Assembly: GCA_951406725.2 (NCBI GenBank)
Contig: OX597815.1
Span: forward strand, 40,300,001 to 40,364,000
Source of the DNA: Octopus vulgaris
Lineage: Eukaryota
DNA: 64,000 nucleotides
Reading direction: 5' to 3'
Shown piece after piece: positions 1 to 13,504 of this stretch. A program made the translations under genes and the position numbers. The notes under the pieces are model-generated. The model was not told the DNA's origin. It saw only the letters and a program-made list of their open reading frames with translations, and ran no database searches. The stretch's first letter is position 1, and the number at the start of each line of letters is the position of its first letter.

Positions 1-363
1 AGGGAATTGTCAAAACATGAAATAAACAACCCATGTCATTTGTTAGCTATCAGGAAACCTCATCCTTCAAAAGATTCCATGCTTCCCAAAATTTACTAAC
101 ACTGCTCCTGGAGTGCCTGTCTGCCTTTTTATAAGTCTGCTTTCTGTCCTTTCTTTTAATCTTTCATGATAGTTTTATACAAGTGTTTTGTTCATTTTTT
201 ATCTTTTGTTGAAATTGCAAGTTATGGAGAAGTATTACTTTGCTTGGAAACAGGTGACAGAAAGGGCATACAGCTATAGTAAATCTGATCCATGCAAAGA
301 TGGAAAAAGTTGCAGTTATAAAAGACTGTAAATTCTGTAAATTAATTTTTATTTTGCATTTAG

Positions 364-516
364 TGTGACCCAAATCCTAAAAGGTCAGACTAAAATGATA
401 GGAGTTGTTAGTCTGAGAGTTCTCATTGCTTCAAGCTGATATGAAAATTTAAAACTCAGCAGAGCAAATTCATTAACACAACACTCATTAAAAGTACAGT
501 GTTCCAACTGCTTACA
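364..516. repeat. About 150-bp dispersed duplicate (second copy 3376-3518)
   Basis: Near-identical apart from a 13-nt and a 3-nt indel and two substitutions; TGTGA...TTACA ends. Confidence 0.9.
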
Positions 517-2720
517 GTTATAAAAGATACATCTCACTAAAAACTAAAGAACTTTTTGTATATAGTGTTCAGAAAATATGTTAAGTAAAAAAAAAAAAAC
601 TTCCCCATTTTATAAAATCTAATAGTTAAGTAATCCTTAGTTTTCTATTTAATCCAAAAACCTTCAGAATTACCTCCCTTTTTATTAACGTTTATATATT
701 TGAAGCAAGTAACGTTGCGAGTCTGTAGACACTGATTAGAGGACAGAGGAACTACAACTTAATATTTCTCCCCGCAAACACTCGGTGATGGAGTTACCAG
801 CACCTATGCTTTCTGTATATTTACCTCCACTGCCAATTAGATTACCTAGGTAACAAAAGGTATCAAGTACTTATGGTCAACCTTTTTGTATTTGGTGGAA
901 TTTTCATGTTTTATTACTGTTCATCTGCCACGTACAAATTCTACCTTGTCTGTGATTCCACATCTTGCATGTATCTATAGTTTATGTTGAGTGCACTGCC
1001 TCTTGAATTTCTTCCTACTTCTCTTCTGCTTAATGAGCATTCCCATATATATATATATATATGTAATGGTAGTTGTCTTCACTCTTTCGTCATCTTAACA
1101 TTTACTTTTCCATGTGCACATAGGTTGGATAAAATTTGCTAAAGTGGATTTTCTGCATTCAAATACTTTTGCTTCCAAGTAAAGTAATATTTCCCCATAA
1201 TCAAATGTTTTCACACAAAAATGGAAATAAAGGACATTAATGATGTTGACACTTGATGTCAAGGTAAGGAGACAATAATATGATGGGCTTTCAGTTTCTG
1301 TTAACCAAATCCACTCGAGGTTTTGATCAGTCTGGACCCATATAGTAGAGGATGCTTGCTCAAGGTTCCACACATTGGTGCTGTATCTACTTATAAAACC
1401 TTAGTTTACTTTGAGGCCTCTTGATTCTAGGTTTTGCTTCCAGACTTGGAATTTCTTCTCTAAATCTACTTATTCAACTATAAGAATACAAGAGTTCATA
1501 TGAGAGCATGTCTTAAACTCTGTTCCTATGGAATGGAAGGCTACAAATAGACAGGAGGGGACTGAGCCCTAACAGATCTACCTGCATGCTAAATTTGTTG
1601 CTAACTGCACCCATAAATGACTGGCATGACCTTCACAAGTTTTTCATATTACCCTGATTTCCAAAGCAATTAATAGTTAACAGAGCATGGAACCATGTCC
1701 AAGGCTTTCTCCAAGTTGATGAATACTAAACAGAGGGGTTTATCATTTTAATTTCCACTCTTCCATGGTTGCATAGGTCAGATAGGCTTTGTTGAGATGG
1801 ATTTTCTACAGCCAGCAGCTCTTCCTGTTACTAACCCTCACCTGTTTCCAAGTTAGGTAATGTTTTCATGGAAGACAGAAAATGGAAAGCACCATTTGCA
1901 TGACTGACACTCATTTACAACTAATGTAATATCAAGGCAAGGAGACAGTAACATGCATATATACACAGCAGCCTTCTTTCAGTTTCCATATACGAGATTC
2001 ACTCTTCAAGCTTTGGTTGGCTTGTGGCTATAGTTAGTCACATGCTACACACTGGAACTGAATCCAAAACCATGTTGGTTGGGAGGCAAACTTCTTACCA
2101 TATAGTCATGCCTGCACCTAGCTAAATACTTCTGCAGTACTTGTAACCATATTGCTGTCTTCCTCTGGAATTCCTTCTCATACACAATCATTGAAACTGA
2201 TTGTTAACCACATTAAATCAATTGAATTATCTTTATTCTTCAGGCTAAGAGGGTTTAAAAAACTGGACATTGTTCTGCTTGGAATTAATTTATAGAAGTG
2301 GGAAGAGATAGATGAAATTTTTTAAAGATAAATATTTCATAGGCACTGGTGTGGCTGTGTGGTAAGAACCTTGCTTCTCAACCACGTGGTTTCAGGTTCA
2401 GCCCCATTAGGCAAGTATCTTCTACTATAGCTTTGGGCTGACCAAAGCCTTGTGAATGGATTTGGTAGATGGAAACTGAAAAAAGCCAGCCTATACATCT
2501 GTGTGTCTGTCTACTACTTCACAACTAGTGTGGGTGTGTTTATGTTCCCGGCAAAAGAGTCTGATAGAATAAGTACTATGCTCCAAAAAACAATTGCTCT
2601 AGTCGATTTGTTCAACTAAAACCTTTCAAGGCAATGCCCCAAATGACTAAAACAAGTAGAAGATAGGCGAAATTCATTCAAGACATAACAAAAATAATGA
2701 ACAAGTTTCAAGATTTTGAG

Positions 2721-2726
2721 TTTATT
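2721..2726 (-). terminator. Candidate COX19 polyadenylation signal AATAAA
   Basis: AATAAA on - strand about 95 nt past the stop codon. Confidence 0.5.
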
Positions 2727-2819
2727 TGTAAAATACAGAAAGTTTTGTTCTAATCTGGCTTAAAATAATTTGCTATAATATATACAACAGCTTCCCAGCC
2801 CAAATTTTGTCAGTCATGA

Positions 2820-2901
2820 TTATTCTTTTCCCTCAGAAGAAATTTCGGAAATATTTTTTTTGAAACCAAGTTTTGAGAAATCTTCTTTAGTCATTAAGTT
2901 A
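2820..2901 (-). CDS. COX19: COX19 coding exon 3 (terminal)
   Basis: ttatttcttttacag acceptor, phase 2; (N)NLMTKEDFSKLGFKKNISEISSEGKE*, conserved LMxKExxxKLGF; total CDS 79+112+82=273 nt = 90 aa + stop. Confidence 0.95.
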
Positions 2902-4003
2902 CTGTAAAAGAAATAAAACAAGTTTTCATGAAATTTCAACATGGTACGGAAACAGTATATTGATGCATAAACAATGATATAGCAGGTGATTTCTACCTAT
3001 AATGTCTTTAATGATTACTCAAGTTCAGCAACTCTGTATGAGGTTGCTCAACATTCTATCTTTATAAAAAAAAAAAAAAAAGCATAGCCTAGGAGATGCT
3101 ATGCTTAGGAAAAAGATGTTTCTCAGTCAACCCTTTTGAGACCAATCCTCGTTCACAATACAAACTTATTGGTTGAAAGTGACCTAAGTTTAAATCTTCC
3201 ATCAAAATTTCATGTTAATTTATATTCCAAACACCAATTTAATAATAAATTATTTTACTAAAGTTTTCATTGTATTCATTATTGATTTAAACAAAGGCAG
3301 CATATTTTAACAGAAATATGTTAATGAAAGGGTTAATTATAGGTCTGCTTAATAAGGGCTAACAACCCTAAACTATGTGACCCAAATCCTAAAAAGTCAG
3401 GAGTTGTTAGTCTGAGAGTTCTCATTGCTTCAAGCTGATATGAAAATTTAAAACTCAGCAGAGCAAATTCATTATTAACACAACACTCATTAAAGGTACA
3501 GTGTTCCAACTGCTTACAATAGTGAGCAGTTTATAACCATGGGACCTATTTACAACTAGATGAACTACCATGTTATTGAATTACTATCCAGTCTTAGCTG
3601 CCTATGCAAAATATTCTTGGATGGATTTTGCATTATTTTGTAATGAAAGTTAGTCCATCAATCCCATCAGCAAATAGTTAATGTATCTAAATTGGCTGGC
3701 TATAACCTCTGCATCCTGGACATAACAAACTTGAAAATCCTTTCATAAAATATATATTTAAATACCATTATAGAATCTTTATAAATATTATAGGAAATGT
3801 GAAATATTAAGGTCATAGCATAGAAAAAAATCTATCGTCTGTTTTCCACAGATTAAAGTAGATAACAGAAACCTACCAATGGTCAATTGCAGGGTTTTTT
3901 ACCACCAGGAGCAGGACTGGAGTTGGTATACAAAACCTTTGAGTTCAACTCCAACATCTATTTGTAATTTGACTAATATATTTCTATATTGATTGAAAGC
4001 TCA

Positions 4004-4044
<41 letters not shown>

Positions 4045-4252
4045 CAATAATAAATCTTAGAGCGAGTTATAAACAGTAGCTGCAACACATCGTGACGTAT
4101 ATTTGCCATTTAAATATGGCTAACCCCTAAGGGTGGATGCTACTGTAGTTTGTAGCCCCAAGAGGACACCTCCAGCTGGCTTTAGACACACTTTCTGTGC
4201 CCTATCAGTATTTGCAAAAGGAAGCCATCCTTCACATCTTTAACTTATGATA

Positions 4253-4297
4253 CACACGGACTCGAGTTTCTGGGTATTGACCTGTCATCGGTGTGTG
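4253..4297 (-). ncRNA. Variant hammerhead motif in a 340-bp insert flanked by (TA)n (about 4043-4380)
   Basis: CACACa-CCGATGA-caGGT caat ACCca-GAAA-CTCGAG-TC-cGTGTG; palindromic stem III. Confidence 0.55.
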
Positions 4298-4823
4298 ACA
4301 ATCACAGTTGTCGATGAAAAGTAGGTTCCCTTCACAAACACTTATCCGTTTTCCAGTATCGTAAAGACACTGATATCGAAATATATATATATATATGGCC
4401 AATTGTCAGGCTACATTTTAGCATGCTAATCTATTAAAGTTTGGATTTAAAGGTTATAGCTATGCTGTTGTTGGTTTGAAGTTAGCTACACTTAAGCATT
4501 AGAGAAAACTTACAAGATTAGGAGACTTTTTTTGTTTTTCATTTTTATGAAAATAATATGAAAGAAATATACTGTAAAACAAAATCAGGAATATCTTTTG
4601 TTTATAATAAAACACATCAAAGTTAAAATTAAAATATTAAAAGCTAAACCTTAACAAATTATCATTTTCAAAGAAATAAACTGAATTACTTTTCCTTTCT
4701 AAGATTAAAGCATTGTTTGAGTATAAAATTTAAATGAATGCAACATGTAAAATAACATTAAATGACATAAAAATTACATTATTTACATTCAACAGATATT
4801 TGTCCTCATCTTGTTTGTTGTTA

Positions 4824-4867
4824 ACACAATGTTTCGGCTGATATACCCTCCAGCCTTCATCAGGTGT
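4824..4867 (-). ncRNA. Minimal hammerhead-like motif in a small foldback element (about 4785-4977); related copy 34882-34991 on +
   Basis: acac-CTGATGA-a-GGCTG..CAGCC-GAAA-ca-TT-gtgt; second copy reads GAAACGTTG; about 52-bp inverted arms at 4797-4848 / 4888-4939. Confidence 0.55.
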
Positions 4868-6822
4868 CTTGGGGAAATTTTGAACCTGGGTGTATCAGCT
4901 GAAACATTGTGTTAACAACAAACAAGATGAGGACAAATAATGTACATAATTCCTCGTCTCTTAAATATAGAACTGTATTATAAAAATTATATTATAAAAT
5001 ATTGTATCTATTGAACAGGCTTACATAAAAATGCAAAAATTTTACTGCTGAGAAATAATAACGTCTTGATTTGATTGAGTCCAATTCCATGACCCTCTGT
5101 ACAGGAGAAATTGAACTTAATTCCATAAGGGTGAACCATACCACATGCAGTATCTATGTAAATGTAGTCAAGTCAATGAAGGGGCTTGCATGAATTACTC
5201 GATCTGCTATTTGGTGGGATATGTTGAATATTGCACAAGAAAAGGATGAATGGATGTTCATGATTCAACCAACTTTGATCAGATCTGATCACCAACATTT
5301 CGGAGTATTTTTGTCACAGGCAATAAATGACAGCAAAATCAACTTCTCGACCACACTCATCATCATTGTTTAATGTCTGCTTTCCATGCTAGCATGGGTT
5401 GGACAATTTGACTGAGGACTGGCGAACCAGATGGCTGCACCAGGCTCCAGTCTTGATCTGGCAGAGTTTCTACAGCTGGATGCCCTTACACTCCGAGAGT
5501 GTAGTGGGTGCTTTTACATGCCACCAGCAGGAGGGCCAGTCAGGCGGTACTGGCAACAGCCACGCTCAAATGGTGTTTTTTACATGCCACCTGCACAGGA
5601 GCCAGTCCAGCAGCACTCTCGCTTGAATGTTTTTTTACATGCCAGTAAGATGACATTGTGAAATATTTTCAATTATGAAATTTCAATTTCCATTTTTCTT
5701 TGTTTATTACTAGTAAGAATGAGAAAAAAATTATTTTACAAAGCTCTGGTTAGCATACATTATAGATGATCTGGGACAAATCTGCTATTTACAAACATCC
5801 TAGATCCCTACCTCCCCACCCAAAAAAGGTCATCAAGTTGATTGGCAAAAGTTTTCTCAATAATTCACTCTAACCAGTAGCTTACTTACCTGCTGCCTAT
5901 TCTCTCCATCTCAGCTATCACTACTGGGGACAGGAAAGAGGAAGATGATTGATTACTTTTTTTCTTTTTATAGTAGAGAAAAGAGTGAGAGAGAATACCA
6001 AATTCATTCCACAGTCACAGAGTAATGCCAGATATAAAGCTAAGCTTGTTTACCTCTTTATCTGTCATGATTACTATTGTGATATGCTGGAGATTTTTTA
6101 GTTTTGAAAGACATGATCTACAAAAAGTTACTCCATCACATATTTGGTCCATGAGAAGATTTGGGTGCAGCGTTATAAAATTACAGAATCATCAGTTACA
6201 TGATACTGGTTTCAAATTTTGGCACAAGGTCAGCAAATTCTGGGGAGTGGGTAAAATGATTACATCAACTCCAGGACTCAACAGAATTTGAACTCAGAAC
6301 ATGAAAATGTCACTAAGAATTTTGCTCAGCATGGTAACGATTCTGCCAGCTTGCTGCCTTATCATCAGCTACATAGTACTCTCATTCCTTTCACCAATCT
6401 ACAGAACATTTACATAGTAGATCTTTGTACTAAGCCATTAAGAGTTAAGAGCTTTATATAGACATAATGCCGTGTTGAAAGTGACACACAAACTATAAAC
6501 TTTTGTTAGTCGTGCTACTATATCAATTTACTACATTTCCCAACAAGTTGACACTTGACTAAAGTGAAGTAAAATACTATTCAAATACATTGATCATGTG
6601 ATTGCTGACTCAATAGTCACTCCTTAAATATCGAGTCATCTATCTGTTAAAGAAAATAAATAAATAGCAAGGAGATGGTGGTTTGATTGGCACTTGCATG
6701 GCTGTGTGACACCTTATGTAAGTATCTTCTGCTATATAACCTTAGATTGTAAATGACTTGCGCATGAAATTTGGTAGAAGGAAACTCTGCAGAAGGCCGT
6801 GGTAATATATGTAAACTGTTCA

Positions 6823-7042
6823 AGGCGGCGAACTGGCAGAAACATTAGCACGCCGGGCGAAATGCTTAGCGGTAGTTCGTCTGTCTTTACGTTCTGAGTT
6901 CAAATTCCGCCGAGGTCGAGTTTGCCTTTCATCCTTGCGGGGACGATAAATTAAGTACCAGTTGCGTTCTGGGGTCGATCTAATCGACTGCCCCCCCCCC
7001 CAAAAAAAAATTTCGAGCCTAGTGCCTCGAACAGAAAAGAAT
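6823..7042 (+). mobile_element. tRNA-derived SINE family A (other copies near 11790, 12220, 13500, 29270, 41855, 46962, 56080, 59110)
   Basis: A-box-like TGGCAGAAACATTAG, B-box GAGTTCAAATTCC, conserved gcctttcatcctt.cgggg.cgataaattaagtacc core. Confidence 0.85.
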
Positions 7043-9127
7043 ATATGTAGGTTTGTCAAAACAGTTCCCTTTTGTGTTGAGTTGTGTCCCTTCGTGCCAG
7101 TCAAGAAAAACATCGATAAAAAAAATGTTCTGATATCGGTATGATCAACTGGAACTTTTGAAGGTGATGTATCAGTATGGCTAACAATGCGATGGCTGAA
7201 CCGGGGGGGGGGGGGCGCGGCGTAAAAAAAAATAATTATCGCGTGGATTTATGCACAAAGCTCGCAAATTTAGTCAATACCATCAACTCTAGAATGTGAC
7301 TGGTTCTTTATTTCATCAACTCTAAAAAAAAAATGAAAAGCCAAACTGACCCCGGCATGATTTGAACTCAGAAAGTAAGAAGCCAGAACAAATACTGCAA
7401 GATATTTTTCCTACTCTGTAACAATTTTGCCAATCCTTTATAATAAAATCATTTGTAGAGTGCTAACAAACTGAAAGCAACAGGTTGATAAGACTTCCTT
7501 TTTCTTCTGAAAATCAAATTTCCTGTGCATTTTACTGCTTAATCAGTTTGGATTATATCTTTTGTTATAGCTTTGTCAGGTGATAGGCCAGCGCCTAGAG
7601 ATGTCATTTTATACTAATGTATACATCTATCTTCATTTATTACTGATTCTTTCATAACTGATCCTGGATAAGACTCAATTGTGAATTATGCTACGCTTAT
7701 CATAGATTAATCTGTGATGACATGGGTCAGCAATCAGTCAAAGATTCTGCTTGTTATGATATTTTATTTTACCCTAAACTGCCTTTTATAGTATATGATA
7801 TTTTTCCAGACATAAAATATCATTATGTATGTTTAAAAACTGTTTGGAGGTATTATTTGAGTAAATTAGAGGAGCAACGTTTGTGTGTCACTGTGTGTGT
7901 ATGGGGGGGTCTTAGAACAAAACTTTTTTTTGTCATTCTCTATTAGTCATCCATCACTGACTCATTTAACACTCTTTTGGGTGATTCTTAACCAAACCAA
8001 ATACCTGTGATAAATAAGGATAGATGTTATAACATTACTATATTATAGAGTTTTTTTTTTTTTCACCTCATTGGACTCATTTTAGGGACAGTTAGTGAGT
8101 GGAATGGTTAGGGTATTGAAAAATAATGCTTTGCAGTATTTCTTTTGGGTTCAAATCCAGCCAGGGTCAATTTCGCCTTGCATCCTTCCAGGGTTAATAC
8201 AAAGTACCAGTCAGATACTAAAGTCAATGGTACCAATACCAGTATTTGACTGGGGCAGAATCTAAATACCACAAGGCACTCTCTTTACTCTCTTTTACTT
8301 GTTTCAGTTGAGTATCGATAGGTCAATAAAATAAGTTTGACTACAGCCATGCTGGAGCACCACCTTTAGTCAAGCAAATCAACCCCAGGACTTATTCTCT
8401 GGAAGCCTAGTACCTATTCTATCGGTCTCTTTTGTTGAACCGCTAAGTTACGGGGATGTAAACACATCACCATCAGTTGTCAAGCGATGTTGGGGGGTAC
8501 AAACACAGACACACAAACATATACCCACACGTACATATATATATATACATATGACTGGCTTCTTTCAGTTTCCATCTACCAAATCCACTCACAAGGCTTT
8601 GGTCAGCCCGAGGCTATAGTAGAAGACACTTGCCCAAGGTGCCGCACAGTGGGAATGAACCCGGAACCATGTGGTTGGTAAGCAAGCTGTTTACCACACA
8701 GCCACTCCTTCGCCTAATGATTCTGCTCTGACCAAATTTGCCCCTCATCTTTTTGAGATCGATAAAATACCAGTCATGTACTGAAGCCTTGAGCCTAAAA
8801 TAATAATGGCTTCAAATTTTGGCACGAGGCTAGCAAGTTTGGAGGAGAGGGTAAGTCAATTACCTCAACCCCAGTGTTCAACTGGTACTAGTTTCATCAA
8901 CCTCAAAAGGAAGAAACGCTAAGCTGATATTGGTGAAATTTGAACTCAGGAACATAATATAGGTGAAATGCCACTAAAAATTTTGTCTGGTGTGCTAATG
9001 ACTCTGCCAGTTCACTGCCATAATTTTGAGGGGAGGGAACAAATCAATTACAATGACTCCAGTACTTGACTGGAGCTTATTTTATTGACCTATCGATACT
9101 CAAACAGTTCTACCAACTTGATGCCTT

Positions 9128-11040
9128 AATAATAATAATAATCATCATCATTTAGCGTCCGTTTTCCATGCTAGCATGGGTTGGACGGTTTAACTGGGGC
9201 CTGTGAAGCCGGAAGGCTTCATCAGGCCCAGTCAGATTTGGCAGTGTTTCTACGGCTGGATGCCCTTCCTAACGCCAACCACTCCGTGAGTGTAGTGGGT
9301 GCTTTTTACGTGCCACCTGCACAGGTGCCAGACAGAGCTGGCAAACGGCCACGAACGGATGGTGTTTTTACGTGCCACCGGCACGGGGGCCAGGCGAGGC
9401 TGGCAACGGACATGAACGGATGGTGCTTTTACGTGCTACCGGCACGGGGGCCAGGCGAGGCTGGCAATGGACATGAACGGATGGTGCTTTTACGTGCTAC
9501 CGGCACGGGGGCCAGGCAAGGCTGGCAACGGACACGAACGGATGGTGCTTTTACGTGCTACCGGCACGGGGGCCAGGCGAGGCTGGCAACGGACACGAGC
9601 GGATGGTGCTTTTATGTGCCAGGCGAGGTTGGCAACGGACACGAACGGATGGTGCTTTTACGTGCTACCGGCACGGGGGCCAGGCGAAGCTGGCAACGGA
9701 CATGAGCGGATGGTGCTTTTACGTGCCAACGGCACGGGGGTCAGGCGCGGCTGGCAACGGACACGAACAGATGGTGCTTTTACGTGCTACCAGCACGAGG
9801 GCCAGGCGAGGCTGGCAACGGACACGAGCGGATGGTGCTTTTACGTGCCAACGGCACGGGGGCCAGGCCAGGCTGGCAACGGACAAACGATCGGATGGTT
9901 CGCTTAACCACAGCTGCAATTTCCACTGATGTTGATTTGGTTTGAATTTGACTGTTCTCACTGGTCTCGCCGGGTCTTCTCACGCACAGCATACTTCCAT
10001 AGGTCTCAGTCTCTAGTCATTTCCTTGGTGAGACCTAAAGTTCGAAGGTCGTGCTTCACTACCTCGTCCCAGGTTTTCCTGGGTCTACCTCTTCCACAGG
10101 TTCCCTCAACTGCTAGAGTGTGGCACTTTTGCACACAACTATCTTCACCCATTCTCGTCACATGCCCATACCAGCGCAGACGTCTCTCTTGCACACCACA
10201 ACTGATGGTTCTTAGGTTCAACTTTTCTCTCAAGGTACTTACACTCTGTCGATTATGAACACTGACATTACACATCCATCGGAGCATACTGGCTTCATTT
10301 CTTGCGAGCTTACGCATATTCTCAGCAGTCACAGCCCATATTTCACTACCATGTAGCATGGCTGTACGTACACATGCATCATACAGTCTGCCTTTTACTC
10401 TGAGCGAGAGGCCTTTTGTCACCAGCAGGGGTAAGAGCTCTCTAAACTTTGCCCAGGCTATTCTTACTCTAGCAGTTACGCTTTCAGCACACCCACCCCC
10501 GCTACTGACTTGGTCACCTAGGTAGCGGAAGCTATCAACTACTTCTAGTTTTTCTCCCTGGAACATGGTAGACGTTGGTCTCTGCACATTTTCAGTGTTT
10601 ATTGCTCCTGAGCATCTGCCACAGACAAAAACTATTTTCCTAGTTAGCCTTCCTTTGACATTGCTACACCTCTTATGTGTCCATAGCTTGCACTTGGTGC
10701 ACCTTATAGAGTTTCTACCTACACCTTTTTTACAGATCGAGCAGGGCCATCTACCTGAAGGCGTTTGTGACTTGTCTACTTTCCTACTTATTAGGACTTT
10801 GGTTTTGGCTAGATTGATTGAGGCCCTTCGATTCTAGACCTTGCTTCCACACCTGAAACTTCTCCTATAGTTCTGATAGTGACTCCAGTTCTGATAGAGC
10901 AATTAGAGCAAGGTCATCAGCATAGAGGAGCTCCCAGAGGCATCTATTATTATTATTCAAGACAGGATGCCCCTGGGAGCATAGAGGAGCTCCCAGGGGC
11001 ATCCTGTCTTGAATAATAATAATAGTAATAATAATAATAA
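9128..11040 (-). mobile_element. 5'-truncated RTE-clade LINE with minisatellite-bearing 3' UTR
   Basis: ELLYADDL motif near 10910-10935; VDSFRYLG, RLRWYGHV, GRGRPRKTW in ORF 10006-10587; (GAT)n tail; flanked by (AAT)n. Confidence 0.9.
9330..9890. repeat. 61-bp GC-rich minisatellite, about 9 units
   Basis: Unit ggcaacggacacgaacggatggtgcttttacgtgctaccggcacgggggccaggcgaggct; period 61 (9401, 9462, ...). Confidence 0.9.
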
Positions 11041-11041
11041 T

Positions 11042-11594
11042 AAATGCCCTGATGCAGTACCAGGCAGTGGCTCTTGTGGCTTCTGATCTTAACTGATTGG
11101 ATGTGTTATCATGTACATGTTTTGTCTTGGTATAAAAGATAGGCTACAGCAAATATTCTGCTCAATACCACAGATTTGCTTGTCAGTTATTTGACCTTAA
11201 CTAGTTGAGCATGTCCCTTAGTGGCTGACGATATGTGCATCTCTGATTACAAGCAGAAGTAGTGGGGGAGCATCATAGCCATGTGTTGAGAGGGATTCTT
11301 GGGGTTTGAATAATTCACCTCAGGAAACATGGGTGTTTCATTCAACATCGTTAAACAACCCTTATTCAGGGACCTTTTGAGTGGGATGGGTTACTCGACC
11401 AGAAGAAAATTCTAACTGGGCCCCACCTGCAAGGTCATGTGCTGTTTATCTTGATATGAGATCACCATGTCATGCACATATGGTTGTGATACATGTGCCT
11501 AGTGTACCCTTGATGGGTAGTCATGATGGGTATGCTGGGCTTTGTATATTTTACCCCAGTGACACTTTGATGGCATACACCACTCTCTCACTCA
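11042..11594 (+). mobile_element. About 550-bp non-coding element inserted in (TAA)n; second copy 24064-24531 on -
   Basis: Two highly similar copies in opposite orientation, both flanked by (AAT)n-type repeats. Confidence 0.8.
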
Positions 11595-12825
11595 ATAATG
11601 ATGATGATGATGATGATGATGATAATAATAATAATAATGTTTTCAAATTTTGCCACAAGGGCAGCAATTTGGGGGTAGGGGATGAGCCAATTACATCAAC
11701 CCCAGTATTCAACTGGTACTTACCGCTAAGCATTTCATCCAGCACGCTAACTATTCTGCCAGTATGCCAACTTAATAATAATAATGATGATTTCAAATTT
11801 TGGCACAAGACCAAGTTTTGGGGAGGGGGCAAGTTGATTATATCGATCCCAGTGTTTGACTGGTACTCTTTTCATCGACCCTGAAGGGATGTAAAGCAAA
11901 GCCGACCTCAGTGGAATTTGAACTCAGAATGCGAAGACTGACAAAATGCTGCTAAGCATTTTATCTGGCATGTTAACAATTCTGCCAGCTTGCTGCCTTA
12001 ATAATAATAATAATAACAATAAGCTGTGCCGGTGGCACGTAAAAAGCACCCACAACACTCATGGAGTGGTTGGCGTTAGGAAGGGCATCCAGCCGTAGAA
12101 ACATTGCCAGATCAGACTGGGCCTGGTGCAGCCTTCTGGCTTCCCAGACCCAAGTTGCACCGTCCAACCCATGCCAGCATGGAAAGTGGACACTAAACAA
12201 TGATGATGATGATGAATAACCCATTCTACTATAGACACAAGGTCTGAAATTTTGGGGAGACGGGACTAGTCTATTACATCGACCCCAGTGTTTCACTGGT
12301 ACTTAATTTATCAACCCCGAAAGGACAAAAGGCAAAGTTGACATTGGCTGAATTTGAACTCAGAACATAAAGACAGACAAAATGCTGCTAAACATTTTGT
12401 CTGGCATGCTACCAATTCTGCCAGCTCACCGCTGGCACGTAAAAAACACCATCCGAGCGTGGCCGTTCGCCAGCCTCGTCTGGCACCTGTGTCGGTGGCA
12501 CATAAAAAGCACCCACTACACTCACGGAGTGGTTGGCGTTAGGAAGGGCATCCGGCTGTAGAAACACTGCCAGATCTGACTGGCCTGGTGCAGCCTTCGG
12601 GCTTCCCAGACCCCAGCTGAACCGTCCAACCCATGCTAGCATGGAAAGCGAACGTTAAACGATGAATAATAATAATAATGATTTCTTGGTTTACATTAAG
12701 GACAGCACAGGACGAAACAGAGAATGTGTGTGTGTTGTTGTGAGGCTTTTGCATGTAAACAATGCTAACAAAATTTTAAAAGTTAATAATAATCCTTTCT
12801 ACATGGCACAAGGCCTGAAATTTAG

Positions 12826-13048
12826 TGGTGGTGGTGGTGGAGGAGGAGGAGGAGAAAGAGGAGGAAGAGGAGGAGGAAGAAGAAGAAGAAGAAGAAGAAG
12901 AAGAAGAAGAAGAAGAAGAAGAAGAAGAAGAAGAAGAAGAAGAAGAAGAAGAAGAAGAAGAAGAAGAAGAAGAAGAAGAAGAAGAAGAAGAAGAAGAAGA
13001 AGAAGAAGAAGAAGAAGAAGAAGAAGAAGAAGAAGAAGAAGAAGAAGA
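12826..13048. repeat. (GGT)n(GGA)n(GAA)~57 microsatellite
   Basis: Directly visible; uninterrupted GAA about 12876-13048. Confidence 0.95.
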
Positions 13049-13451
13049 TTATCATCATTGTCAAGAACTACTATCGCTACTACTACTACAATTACTACAA
13101 CTACTTGCAGTAAAATATCTAGATAGGAAATATGATTTCCTGAAAGGAAAAAAAACAATAGCCTTATTTAAATATAAGATTTGTGACTCAAGGGTTTTAA
13201 CTAAATGTAATTTCAGTTATTTTGTACCATTGAGGTGTTTCTATAGCTTAAAAATAAACACAGTAGAACATAACAATTAAAGGAAATGAAATCTTATTTT
13301 ACTTCCTAAATCAATGTCTTGTTAACCATGAAAAGAAAAACACTCCTTCGTTTGGGTAAATATTGACAACCAGAAGAAATTTTATTTATAGTAGATTACA
13401 TATAACATATAACTCAGTGTGTGTGTTTATCTTTTCTCTTTATCTCCCCAC

Positions 13452-13504
<53 letters not shown>

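Noticed and set aside
9181-9992. Repetitive ORFs and a CRISPR-like periodic array
   Set aside because: Tandem 61-bp minisatellite without unique spacers, within a LINE 3' UTR in eukaryotic DNA
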